A DNA stretch of 64,000 bases from Anthoceros angustus (taxonomy: Eukaryota; Plantae; Anthocerotophyta). Shown here piece by piece: positions 1-10,849 of the stretch. The stretch is taken from positions 186,001 to 250,000 of the forward strand of contig VJWM01000134.1 in NCBI GenBank assembly GCA_010909165.1, read 5' to 3'. Position numbers and translations under genes: made by a program. How positions within the stretch are numbered: the first letter of the stretch is position 1; each line of letters starts with the position of its first letter. The notes under the pieces were generated by a model. That model saw only the letters and a program-made list of their open reading frames with translations. It searched no databases and was not told where the DNA came from.

Positions 1-930
1 CTTCCGGCAGGGCCTCCACTCTTCCGAGCGCTGGCCGATCTCCCTCCTTCAGAGTCAAATGTCCCCACATGAACTGCATGGGGATGCCCGATGGCGAGGG
101 CTTCGCCTCACTTGCCTCCCCAACCGGGCGAAGATAATCCTTCCTCACCCGCCTCTTCCACCGTAACGCATGCTGAATACTAATAGTTATCACCAAGGTG
201 ATCCACCTTGGTGAGCGTGTGTTCCAATGGATAACATCCGGCTACTCCTACCGTCTGCAGTCCGATATCAACCACGCTGGTTGTCCGCTGCCTGTGCCTC
301 AAGATCGCCACCGGCCGGCCCTATCTTCCTTCTCGCCTGAGGGGCCTGAACCACGCCTTCTTCCTCCTTTGGGCCAGGCTCAGACCTCCAAGGTCCATCG
401 CCTAGATCCTCCCGAGGTTCTGGATCAACCTCCTTGTTGGCCGCCAACATCTTCCGGCGAACTCCCGACCAGAGTGACGCCAAACGCCTGCAGACTGAAC
501 ACATCCAAGTGCCACCTCGACTAACTCCCCGCCTCCAGCAGGCCCAAAGTCCGAGAAGCCGCCGTCACAATGTTGCGCCTACCAGGTTCCATGGCTCCGC
601 ACTTTTGGGTGCCATCGCCTTCTTCTTGGCCGTAGTCCGGGCCGGAGTCCGCCGGGCACGATGCGCCTCTTCGCTGTCACGCCCAACCCCGACGGTGAGC
701 TCACTGAAGATGCCGGGCGCCAAAGAGATAGCGCTGAGAGCCGGTGAGCGCAAGAGATCGCGAGAATTGTCTCGAGGTCGCGAAATAAATGATTCCTCTC
801 TCGCTTTTGGGAGTAATCGTCAAGGGAAGGCGCTCGCTCGACCGTAATCGCGAGGTCTGATGGCTTACTTCCTCACCTTACGCCTGCTGCATCCTGCCTG
901 TATTACAGCACTGCCTTACGCCGCCGAGTA
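1..930 (-). repeat. Repeat family A, copy 1 (runs off window start; 5' leader plus start of ORF)
   Basis: Colinear, diverged similarity to about 2560-3450, e.g. shared ttatcaccaaggtgatccaccttggtg, acatccaagtgccac and caagagatcgcgagaattgtctcgagg. ORF start MAPKS at 615. Confidence 0.7.
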
Positions 931-1025
931 CTGCTGACCGCGGCCGCCTGTGCCCTTCTCCATCTCGGCTGACGCCCGCCTCTGCTCATCGCCAGATCAA
1001 TTGGCCGCCAACAGAGCCGAGCCGC

Positions 1026-3781
1026 TTTATTTTGCTCGCTCACAATTATGTCCTATTCACCATTCTCAATGGTAGTTTGAAGTCTAGCCCAAAGTCTCCT
1101 GCGGTCTTCCATCTCCGCCGCTGCCTCCACCTCCGGAGTCGAGTCTCGAGATCCTCCATCTCCTTGTCGCGAACTTCTTGGGCTGGCTCGCGCTTGCTCG
1201 CCACCTCCTGCTCCATCTTGAGGCGTGGGCGCTCTATCTCCCGCTCGAGTCTTGGATTCTCGTTGAGAACCCCTTGCTTTCCGGCGTCTTGGGGTTGTAA
1301 CTCAAAGTGTCCTCTGTCCTCCGACTCCTGCCGCCTCCTTCTACCTCCTGTGGTGCGCCAGGTCCCGATTTCCCGGTCTTGGCCTCGTGTTTGCACGGCT
1401 CGTCGTGCTCCCGCTCACCACTCGGCCTTGGTTGGCTGGCTCCGCCTCCCTCCACGGTTCGATCACGCGATAGTGATCGCGGTCTGTGGCGCCTCCTTGG
1501 CCACCTTCACGAGCCTCTCGACAGCTCTGGTCTGGTCCAGTGCCTCACGAGTCCGCGCCCGCTTGCGCCGGGCCTCTTCTCTCGCTTCTGCTGCGCTACC
1601 CCTACTGCGAGGTCCTCGGCGCTTGGGCCTCCTTAGCTTCCTTTGCTCCTCCGGTGATTTAATTTAGTCCTTGCGGATGGACGGACTCCCTCTCGGCCTC
1701 CCGGCGTTTCCCTTCCTCAATCGGCCGAGCTTGACCTTCCTTCTCTCTGGGCCCCTCCAGCTGCTCACGGAGGTACCATGCGCCTCGGGTGGCTTCTACC
1801 TCCTCTGGGTCTTCTCGGCCATCCCCGAGACCCCAAAGCATACCGTCCATGCGGTAGCAGGAACCGTGTTTCTTCCACGGCCGTGATGAGGCTCCCACAA
1901 AGTCCGTGGCGGAGCATTTCATGATCCGAGGACCTCCATACCCTTCGGAGTAAGTCGGGGTGGGTTCTCGGACCTAATCGGGACCCTTAGGTCACGAGTC
2001 TTGACTCGGAGCTTCACCCTCCTTGGCCCTTTTGGCGCGGCTCCTTCTCCGCCCTTTTTCTCACAGGGCTCGGAGGAGGTGAGGGAATCGGGAGCAAGCC
2101 CTTTTGCCCTTCACAGCCGGACCCGGCTCGAGTGCAGGCTGCCGGTGTCCTCCAGCTCCTGGCGGCGTCCCTTTACGCCCTCCTTGCTTCCTCCGCTTCT
2201 TGCCACTCCGTGGCGGGGGTAAGTCTTGGCACCGTCGAGGTGCAGCGTTGGTCTGTCTTGCGTCTCTTGGTTCCCTCTGGTCCGGGGCTCCGGTATGGTT
2301 GTGGTGGTGGTGGGCTGCTGGGGTCGGGGCCGCTTCTTGGGCCCAGCTCGGTTGGGGCACGAGGAGGAGGAGGCGGGATTTCTTCCCATACTTCCACAGG
2401 TGGTGAGGGGTCCGTTCGACGTATGGAGTCGAATCCTCGATCGTCCTCCTCCCGGGTCCGTTTGGCCTTGATCGGCCTCCCCTCGGGCGCCCTTGCCGCT
2501 CCACTTGGCGGGCCTCCGGTCCTTTCGGGCGCCCGCTCAAGCTCTCTCCCTCCTTGAGGAGCTCGAAATGTCCCCATACATGGATCGGTATGGGGGCGGC
2601 CCGAAGAGGCTTCTGAGCTTGCGGGCCTCTGACTAAGCAGGCGAAGATAATCCTTCCCAGTCCGCCCTCTTCCCCATTGCGCATGCGAGAATACCAGCAG
2701 TTATCACCAAGGTGATCCACCTTGGTGGCGAGTTCAATGGACAATGATCCGGGCTACCGCCCTTACTCGGTATCCGGCGGTCGGATATCGACCATCCGTT
2801 GGTGGTCTCTGCGTCGAGCCTCGGCATCCCGCGGCCCTATCTTCCCGCCTTGAGGGGCTCACCCCCTTCTTCCTCCTTTGGGCGGTTGTAGGCGCCTCGG
2901 GACCTCAAGGTCCATCGCCTTGGGTCCTCCGGAGGTTCTTGGACCGCACCTCCTTATTGACCGCCCGGCATCTTAGGCGAACTCCCGGACGGAGTGACCT
3001 GTCGAGCGTCGGACCATCTGGAACATCCAAGTGCCACTCCTCACCAATTCTCCCTTCCTCCGGCCCGGGGCCCAAAGTCCGGATAGCGCGGGTCACAATG
3101 TTGCGCTCCACGAGGTTCCATGGCTCCCAAACTTCCGGAGCTTTTGGGTGCCATCGCCTTCTCCTCCTTGTTCTGCTTGTGGAGACGGCAGCACGTTCGC
3201 CTTCTTGCGCGTTGCTCCAACCGTGAGCGCTCGAAGATGTCGGCGCTCAACGAGATAAGCGCCCGAGCGGTGCGGGCGCAAGAGATCGCGAGAATTGTCT
3301 CGAGGCGCGGTGATGACCTTCCTTGACGCCGGGCGCCTTGGCGGGAAGGCGCCTCGTAAGCGCGCGTGCATGGCATGCGACCTGCGCCTCCGCTTACTGC
3401 GGCCTTCCGCGTACTGCACTGCAGCCTTCCGCGCGCGTGGCGTGAATACTGCTGCGGCCCCGAGTCCCGTCGCTGCTGCATGCGACCTCCACTCGGGGCC
3501 GTCCACGTGGCGCCGCCTAGCGTCCTCACGGCTCAACTTCTAAGTTACTTTCCTGGCGTACTTATCCTGCTTTTGACCCGGTGGGTCCGGACTTATCCGT
3601 TACCGACGTAGTCGGGCTGTCGCCATGGTGGTTCCGGTGCGTTGCCACTCCGAGTCCGAGTATACTCCGAGTCGATCGAGTGCTATCCGTGCTTATTCCT
3701 CCTTTTCCGCCTTATTTTACTATTCCAACCTACCAAAAAACAAACCCCTTAATTCCTACCCCCAAGGAAGTCCATAGCCCA
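1026..3781 (-). mobile_element. Repeat family A, copy 2: about 2.75 kb unit with one frameshifted ORF (ATG 3154 to stop 1046), possibly ORF1/gag-like
   Basis: Broken minus-strand ORF pieces (2905-3111, 2061-2744, 2173-2577, 1659-1922, 1046-1396) with Pro-rich and coiled-coil-like parts. AATAAA on the minus strand at 1026-1031. Homologous to copies 1 and 3. Protein family not recognised. Confidence 0.5.
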
Positions 3782-3789
3782 TGCTAAGG

Positions 3790-6310
3790 CTCGTAGTGCG
3801 GAATCCGCGGCCGGTTGGACAGGTCCTGTAATGCAACAAACCTGCGTCGTTGCAAGCTGCTTGGCCAGGCAGGTGAGTATGCTCGCGCTGCCAGGGCTCT
3901 TCGACCCCTCCCCCTAGCCCCCGCTTCTGAGGAGACCATTGTTGCCCTCCGTGCCCTCCATCCAGCTCCCAAGGATGCCATCCCGGACATATCTGACTAC
4001 GTCCCGGAGGATCCCTTCTCTCTGGATCGGGCAGCTTTTGCTCTGGCACTCTCTACGACCCCACGTCTTTCATCTGCCGGGTTGTCAGGAATGGTGTTTG
4101 AACACCTCAGGGACCTTTTTCTCCCCGAAGATCCATCTAGTGGCTTCCCAGCTCTTTTCTCTGGCCGCTGCGGTGGCTCGGGGTGAGACGCCTCACCGGA
4201 TTTCCCATGTTCTTGCGGCTAGCGGGCTTGTCGCTATGGACAAGCGCCCAGCTTCAGGCGTCGCCCACTCGCGGTCGGAGAAGCCTTCATGCGACTACTC
4301 CGGCACTTGCCGGTGCGCTCTCTTCTTGGCACCTCAACCCCTTCAATTTGGCATTGCCACTCAGGAGTGAGTCATGGTGCTTGGAGTGAAGGCATGCCTT
4401 GATACCCACCGGGTGGTGGTCTTGAGTTGATGTCGAGAACGCCTTCAATACCATTTCTAGGGCGTCATCTTGAGGAGCTTAGGGATCTTGGCGGCGTTGG
4501 GAGCCTTATACCTTTTGTCGGTGCTTCTGGAGGTCCTCCAACCTCTACTACCGGCCTGAAACGTCTCTTGAGTTCTTGTCTACTGTCTTGGAATCGGCCG
4601 GTACAGCAAGGCGACCCCTAGGCGGTGCTCTCTTCGCCATTGCTCACTATAGGGCCCTATCTAGGCCGCCTTCTCAGCCTTGTTGTGTCTTCCCTTGTGG
4701 ACGACTCTCACATCCTCGGGCACAGGGACAAAGTTAAGGAGGCCTTTGAGCTCTTCTCTCATGAGCTTTCTTTGGTGGGCTTGAAGGTCAAAATGTCCAA
4801 GTGCAGCGTCTGGTCTCGTCGGGATTCTACCTACTTTGCAATTTCCAGCTGAGATTGCTCGGCTTTGGGCTGCAGTTCTAGGGGTCCCCTTGGTTCCCCG
4901 ACTTCGCCAGAGCTTCTGGACGGGCTCATGAGGACCTCTCCCATGTCGAGGACCTCCTTTCTTTGGAGGATGCAGGTGGCCTTTGGAATTCTTTCCTCTG
5001 TTTTGCTAGGCACAGGTTACCTCATCCGTCTGCCTCCATCCCGACACTTTTGTCTCCGGGCGGTTTGATAGGAAGATTATGGATACTCTCGGGGACATCA
5101 CAGGCTCGGGGGCTTTTGAGTGCCCTATGGGCGTCGGCCCGGCGCGTCCTACATGCAATTTGGAGGCCGTGCGCTCTCTGGAGGTCTCTTCCCGGCTTTC
5201 ACAGGCGATTGGGCCCTCTGCCTGCTTGGCTTCTCGGTTCATCCTCCATGGCAGGCCCTTTACGGAGGATCTCGTATCAGTGTGGAGGAGGAACCTTCTC
5301 TCCAAGCGTCCTTGAGGCAAGCTAGGGACATGTTATCGGTGGATGCTCGGAAGGACTTCCTCCTTTCTCGACATTTATTCTTGATGGTTTCGGGGTTGCG
5401 AGCATCTAGCTCGAGCGGCTCGGCGGGCTTTCGATCGCCCTCCGGGACCCCTCCATCCCAGGTCCACAAGGCGCGGCTCGCTCTTGTTACGGGAAGGCGC
5501 GGTGCTTGGCTGTGGCCCGCCCATGCATGCAGGGGTTTCACATCGCACCAACCACCTTCACTCTGCGATTCCGTCTTGGCTGCTCCGGCTGTGGCTTCTT
5601 CGCTCCTTACTTGCGAGTGCGGCTCGCCTCGATGATTACGGGGTACACCTTGCTCGTTGTCCCGGTCATCGCATTGCCACTCACGGCGCCATCCGCGATG
5701 TCATGTTCGCCATCGCTCATGGCGGCTACATGGCATGGAGGAGGCGGATGTATACTCTCCGTCTGGTCGTTCAATCGGTGACACCTTTCTTGTCAGGCGA
5801 CCGGTTTGATGGCGGATGTGGTGGTTACCGATCCTACGAGACACCATCTCGCTCGGTCATCACTAACGTCCGAGTTGGGCTGCTGCCGGGCGGACTCTCA
5901 AGGTCGCAAATATAGCGGGATGCAAGCGGGCCACCTCTTTATTCCTTGCACTAAAGCGTATGGGGCAATGGTGAGGACTTTGACAAATTTGTCAAGTCTG
6001 TGCCAAAGCTTACCATGCGTGAACCGGTGCGGGTGTCCTCTCGTACTTCCACATACTTCCGACAGCGGGTTTCAATTGCCCTTCAGGCGCTCTCAGCGAT
6101 CCTCCACAAGGCGGCGGCGGTGGGTGGCGCATCTTCCTCTACCTCCGTGGTTTGCGGGCCGTTTATTCTTCTGCATATGACATTGTGGGTGCGATGGGTG
6201 ACTTTAGGTAGGGAGCTTATTTGCTCCTCTTCACCTCGACCCCTGGTCCCCTTTGGTTGTCCCCTCCTAGATGGGCTTTTCCCATCGTTTTTTCACCTCA
6301 ATAAAATCTT
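3790..6310 (+). mobile_element. 5'-truncated, frameshifted non-LTR retrotransposon with RT and C-terminal restriction-like endonuclease (CRE-like)
   Basis: Pre-RT motif GEYARAARAL..AP.SEETIVALRALHP. RT motifs PLQFGIAT, VQQGDP and VDDSHILG. CCHC-like DDYGVHLARCPGHRIATHGAIRD, then ADVVVTDP and the terminal RQRVSIALQ typical of RLE-clade elements. AATAAA at 6300-6305. Confidence 0.8.
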
Positions 6311-7305
6311 CACTCATTCTCATCCCATACTGTCACTGCCATCAATTCAGTTGAGGGGCCGCAGTCTCTTTGAGTTCTTTCTGCCCGCTGACCCTTCTTA
6401 CCCATTAAGCTGTAAACATGCAACTTCCTATCAGTGGTACCATTAGCGAAAATTTCTTTTGCCCAGAATTTTGATACCCCTCTAGTAAACTTCTCTGTTG
6501 TGGTCTCTTCATCAGCATCTGGAAGCTGCTCCAAGCTGTTCACCCTCTGTGGAATGTACATGGCACACCTGGGGTCATTTTCTACTGCCACAACATTCCT
6601 CCCACTTCTGATGGCAGCCACCAAAAAGCTGCCTGACTCGGCGCAAGCATCCACCACCCAGTCCTTCTCAATGCTGAACATGTTAACAAGCATGCTCATC
6701 AATCCCTGTGGCTTTTGATATGGACAAACCACCTGTTTGTCAGCAGTCGTGAAAATGAGTTTCTTCACGACAGTTCCATGCCGGATAACTCTGGGAAGGA
6801 CATCGGTTGTATTCGCCTTTGCAAATAAAGAGGCCATGGGCTCATTCGATATAGTCCGTACTCCGCTGCCGACAGTAATGAACTCCACAGTCTCCACTAT
6901 CCCTGTGTTCGGGGGAATATTTGTTTTTTCCCTTACCAACGTTTGAATCGCACCTTTTCTACACAGTGGCTTCAGAGCCTCCCTCGCCAAGGACAGGTCA
7001 TCCACGCTATGCATAAGAATGACTCTAAAAACATCAGAAGTTGAGACCTCTTGGAACTGTTGCAACATATTCTTCAAACCCGACTCTGTGAACTCTATAT
7101 CATGATGTCGCTTCATTAGCCCTCTTGGCAAGTCGCAAAAGAAGAGGGTGTATGGCCGCTCTGGCATGAAAGCTTTTAACTCCACGATGTCTCTCTCCAT
7201 GACTTGATACTTCACCGTCTCGTTAGACATGGGGACTCTGAAAGCAGTGAGCCCTGCATCTATGTCCTGGCTAGCAAGGGCCCGCTTCGCCTCCTCCATG
7301 CGCAT
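6310..7305 (-). CDS. Beta-class N6-adenine/N4-cytosine DNA methyltransferase domain (N6_N4_Mtase-like), motifs degenerate
   Basis: Motif IV-like LFFCDLPRG (cf. DPPYG) lies N-terminal. It is followed by YQKPQGLMSMLVNMFSIEKDWVVDACAESGSFLVAAIRSGRNVVAVEND, which tracks the conserved HPTQKP..L..LI...S..GD.VLDPF.GSGT...AA...GR..IG.E block. Confidence 0.8.
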   Translation of the reverse strand: MRMEEAKRALASQDIDAGLTAFRVPMSNETVKYQVMERDIVELKAFMPERPYTLFFCDLPRGLMKRHHDIEFTESGLKNMLQQFQEVSTSDVFRVILMHSVDDLSLAREALKPLCRKGAIQTLVREKTNIPPNTGIVETVEFITVGSGVRTISNEPMASLFAKANTTDVLPRVIRHGTVVKKLIFTTADKQVVCPYQKPQGLMSMLVNMFSIEKDWVVDACAESGSFLVAAIRSGRNVVAVENDPRCAMYIPQRVNSLEQLPDADEETTTEKFTRGVSKFWAKEIFANGTTDRKLHVYSLMGKKGQRAERTQRDCGPSTELMAVTVWDENE

Positions 7306-7340
7306 CCAATTCCGCGCTCCATATACGTAGTTCTAGAATC

Positions 7341-8750
7341 TTAGAGGGAGAAGCTCCAGAACGCTGATATCTTTCTGCAATTTAATTGAAAAAGGTGGGT
7401 TACTACAAACTCAGTCTGAAGGTGAAAGTGCGCCGAGACCGTACTTTCTCGAAGGCCTCGATGCCGACATATCGGGCGAGGCCTGACCCCAGTCGATACG
7501 CGCTCTTCTGATTCGGTGCAAACAAAGAATAATGAGAGGATGGTACTCACAACTTTGGAGAATGCCGTCTGAAATTTTGCTAGCTCGCTGTCTATCGTAT
7601 GCTTAGGATATAATTCGCAGCAGGACTCAAAACTGGTACACCTCAAATGAGTCATAAATGCAACTTGGATGAAATGAAGAGTCTTCTTGTTTGTTACCTC
7701 TTCTACAATACCCATCAAAGGAATGTCCCCTTGGATAACCTTTTGCGTTGCAGCAATCAGTATGTCTTCACCTCTGTCGCCTGGAGGAATTCCTTGGAAT
7801 GCTCGAAATGGTTTTCCCTGCAAAGTTGCTGGCTTAGGGGGAGCACTCGAAGTACTAGTTGTGCCCACGGGAGCTGCCGGAACAAGCTTCCGTTTTGCCT
7901 TTGACCTCTTTACGTTGCTTGGAGCCACCTGATTTGCTTGCTCCGGGAGTTCACATCTTTCCCACATAGAAAAAATTGTGTCCACGTTTTCCCATAGTCT
8001 TCCTTGACACCTGGCAATCCTCAATGGTAGGGTCTTGCGGTCAACCATTTTCTGCACAAAATCAGTGTCTTCAGTGTCTCCATCTTCGTCAACCATACCA
8101 AGAAGCCGATAAATATCAAACTTCCACCGCAGTGATGGTTTGGCAGTAGGGTCTACTCGCCGGAGGATTTCAAGCTCGTCGTGAATAAATCGCACTTGTT
8201 CTATGAAGTTGAGCTTCTTCCTTCTATCTGCAGTGACGTTGTGGTCCACTGCCAAGACTCTCATCTCTGCTTCTGTTAAACCCGCATACACATGTGCCTC
8301 CGAAACCTTCCATGGTGGACGAGGAAGAGTGGGAAGATGCCTTAGCATGGGCTCGACACGAGCTGAAAAGGAATGGCCGTTTTCAGCCCTCCAAGCACGA
8401 AATTGCAGCCAAGGAGAGACTAGCCAAAAATGGCGGTATGGGTCCAAACCTGGGGAAAGGGAGGCCTGACAGTCGGGTGTCTGCTTTCACAACCAGATGG
8501 CACGATCCCGCAGATGACGGTAAGGCAGGTATGGAATGCTAGAAGGAACGACAAACATGGAAGGGCTATGGGCGCTCATGGCTGTGGGCGATTCTGCCGG
8601 AGTTCCTCGGGCGTGAGGGAGGCAAAGTATGGACGAACCCACGAGATGCGTGAGAGATTGGCGAGAACGCTGGAAAGGATCAGGCTGTCGAATGATATAG
8701 AGCTGGAGAAGGATCCTGATCTCGTGGCCTTCCCAAGGTCGCAGAAGGGG
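7341..8750 (-). pseudogene. ParB/Spo0J-like N-terminal region, probably the 5' part of the same gene as the methyltransferase
   Basis: VYAGLTEAEMRVLAVDHN..RRKKLNFIEQVRFIHDEL resembles the ParB ..ALIENLQREDLNPIEEA..Y..L segment. A short GT-AG intron candidate lies at about 7508-7550. The join to the MTase frame needs a frameshift or further splice near 7340. Confidence 0.5.
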
Positions 8751-9125
8751 AGCCACCAGCATGTGGAGGAGGAAAAACGCGGACGAATGTGCAGGAAGGA
8801 AGGACGAATGGCACGGGACAACAAGGCGTATGGAACCCGACATGGATGTGGACGCCACGAGATGAACGGCCGACCATGGGAGGCTGCGACTAAGGCGGTG
8901 GAAGGCCATGGAGCACAAAATGAGAGAACAAACAAAACAGGGTGCGACCGGGAGAGAAGGAAACGCTAACACGGTGGGGCAAACGCATGATAAAGGTGAT
9001 GGCGCCTGTGGGCAAGGCGATCGACATCGCCGACTATGGCGAGGGCGTTGAGGTGGTGGTCTCCGACACCACGAACGGCCGTGGCGGCGTAACACGCAGC
9101 GGTCATGATCAGAGGGGACATGGTG

Positions 9126-9849
9126 TGGGCTACCACTTCCCTTGGGGTTAGGAAATAAGTTCGGTTTTGTTTTTTCGTAGGTCCAAGAGTAAAATAAGGC
9201 GGAAAGGAGGAATAAGCACGGACGGCGCCCGACTGCTCGGAGTGTACTCTGACTCGAGTGGGTAACGGACCTTTACTACCACGACGAGCTACTGACCGCG
9301 ACCGGTATCGGATAAGTCCGGACCCCACTCGGGTCAAAACAGATAAGTACGCTGTGAAAGTAATTTAGAAGTTGAGTCGTGAAGTCGATCGAGCGGCGCC
9401 ATGGACGGCCCCGAATGGAGGTCGGGCATGCAGCAGCCAGACCAGATTTTGCCATAAGCAGCGCATGTATTCACGCCCGCTGGACAGCGACAACAGAAGG
9501 CCGCAGCACGCTGGCGCGAAGGCCGCAGTAAGCCATGCACCTGCGCTACGATGTGGAAGGGGCACCTTCCGCCCAACAGCATTCCCAACCGCCGGCCGAC
9601 GAGGAGGGTCATTTCTCCGCGCGACCGAGACACCGCATCTTGCGCTCCGCAACCCTGCCCTCTGGCGCTATCTCTCCGAACGCTCAGGCACCTTCGCGTG
9701 CGGCTCACCGTTGGAGTTGGAGCAGCGAACGCAGCGAAGAGGGCGCATCGTGCCAGCGATCTCAGACAATCGTCTACAGCGGAGTAAGGAGAAGAAGGCG
9801 ATGGGACCCAAGAAGGCTGCGGAGGTATGGGCGCCATGGAACCTGGTAG
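9126..9849 (+). repeat. Repeat family A, copy 3 (inverted relative to copies 1-2; leader plus first codons, 3'-truncated)
   Basis: Reverse complement of about 3100-3781, e.g. aaaataaggcggaaaggaggaataagcacgga and gataagtccggaccc. ATG 9801 gives [16 protein letters not shown] versus MAPKSAEPWNLV in copy 1. Confidence 0.75.
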
Positions 9850-9851
9850 AG

Positions 9852-10405
9852 GGTACGTGGGACCTTTTGCTATAAGTAAGAAAATTTCTGCAGTTGCTTA
9901 CCAACTCGACTTGCCCAGTCACTGGAAGATGTGCCGCAGTTTTCATGTGTCCTTGCTTAAGAAGTTTGTGGGAGAGCCTCCACAACAGAAGTTCCTAGAC
10001 GATGGATCCACCGGCCAAGCATCAGCTAAGAAGAGCGCAACATCGAAGCCGATGGAGGGAAGTACGGTGTTGCAACCTGAATTTCTACAGCTAGGAGAGA
10101 AGGACCCAACCCTGCCAAGCAGTAGCCAGGCTAGCCAGAAGAAGGAGGAGGGAAGGGAGTGCAGCAACTTGCCGAGAAGATGCAAGTTCAAGCCAGGTGA
10201 CCAGCTCATCTTCCAGCCCGCAGAGATTCTCGACGTCAGAGAGCGACTGTTGCGAGGCAGGACCGTGAAGGAATACTTGGTGAGATGGGAGGGCGACCAT
10301 CAAGAGGACCCGAGTTGGGAAACCGAAGCCTTCATCGAAACTTTTCAACACCTCCGCAAACCCAAAGCAGAGAATGAAGAACGAGGCCCTCTTGATGCTC
10401 GCTAG
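9852..10405 (+). mobile_element. 3' end of chromoviral Ty3/gypsy pol (integrase SH3-like domain plus chromodomain)
   Basis: [38 protein letters not shown], followed by the chromodomain [11 protein letters not shown]...[14 protein letters not shown]. Confidence 0.85.
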
Positions 10406-10849
10406 AGGAAGGAGGAGGATGTCACAGTCAGATAAATGCAGACTGTGAACGGACAAGCAGGACAAGCCAGCTTGATGATAGATGCTAGCGATGTGATCAG
10501 TAGCTAGACGGACTGCAGGCTAGCGTAGGAAGACACAACAATGAGCAGGCTAGGGCGCGCATTAGGAAGCTGGTTGAGGCAAATAGGCCAACCACGGTTA
10601 AATGGAAGTCAGATTAGGCTAACCTAGATGACACTAACCTAGCTAGCTAGTAACCAGACTCAGAACCCCAGTCAAGGAGAAAAGGACACGTGCACGGACA
10701 GGAGCGGAGGCTACTTCAGCCCGCTCCCAAGAATCAAGACATCCCCCTCTCGCATTCCATCCTGCAGCGCCCTTCGTGTCTTGGTCTCCTGTCTCCGAGG
10801 AATGCCGATTACATTTGCGCACTCATCTCATTCTGTTCGTTTTCTAACA
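10404..10849 (+). mobile_element. Polypurine tract (10404-10419) and probable 3' LTR (TGTCACAG at 10420 ...TAACA at 10849)
   Basis: agaggaaggaggagga sits directly after the pol stop and directly before TG. The LTR right end is a best guess because no partner LTR is in the window. Confidence 0.55.

Noticed and set aside
3776-8355. 15 bp inverted match agcccatgctaaggc at about 3776 and about 8340
   Set aside because: A few matches of this length are expected by chance in 64 kb, and the flanks do not extend.
3100-9849. DIRS-type tyrosine-recombinase retrotransposon (inverted repeats plus RT plus methyltransferase)
   Set aside because: The RT is RLE non-LTR type, there is no RNase H or tyrosine recombinase, and the MTase is beta-class on the opposite strand rather than a Dam-like domain fused to pol.
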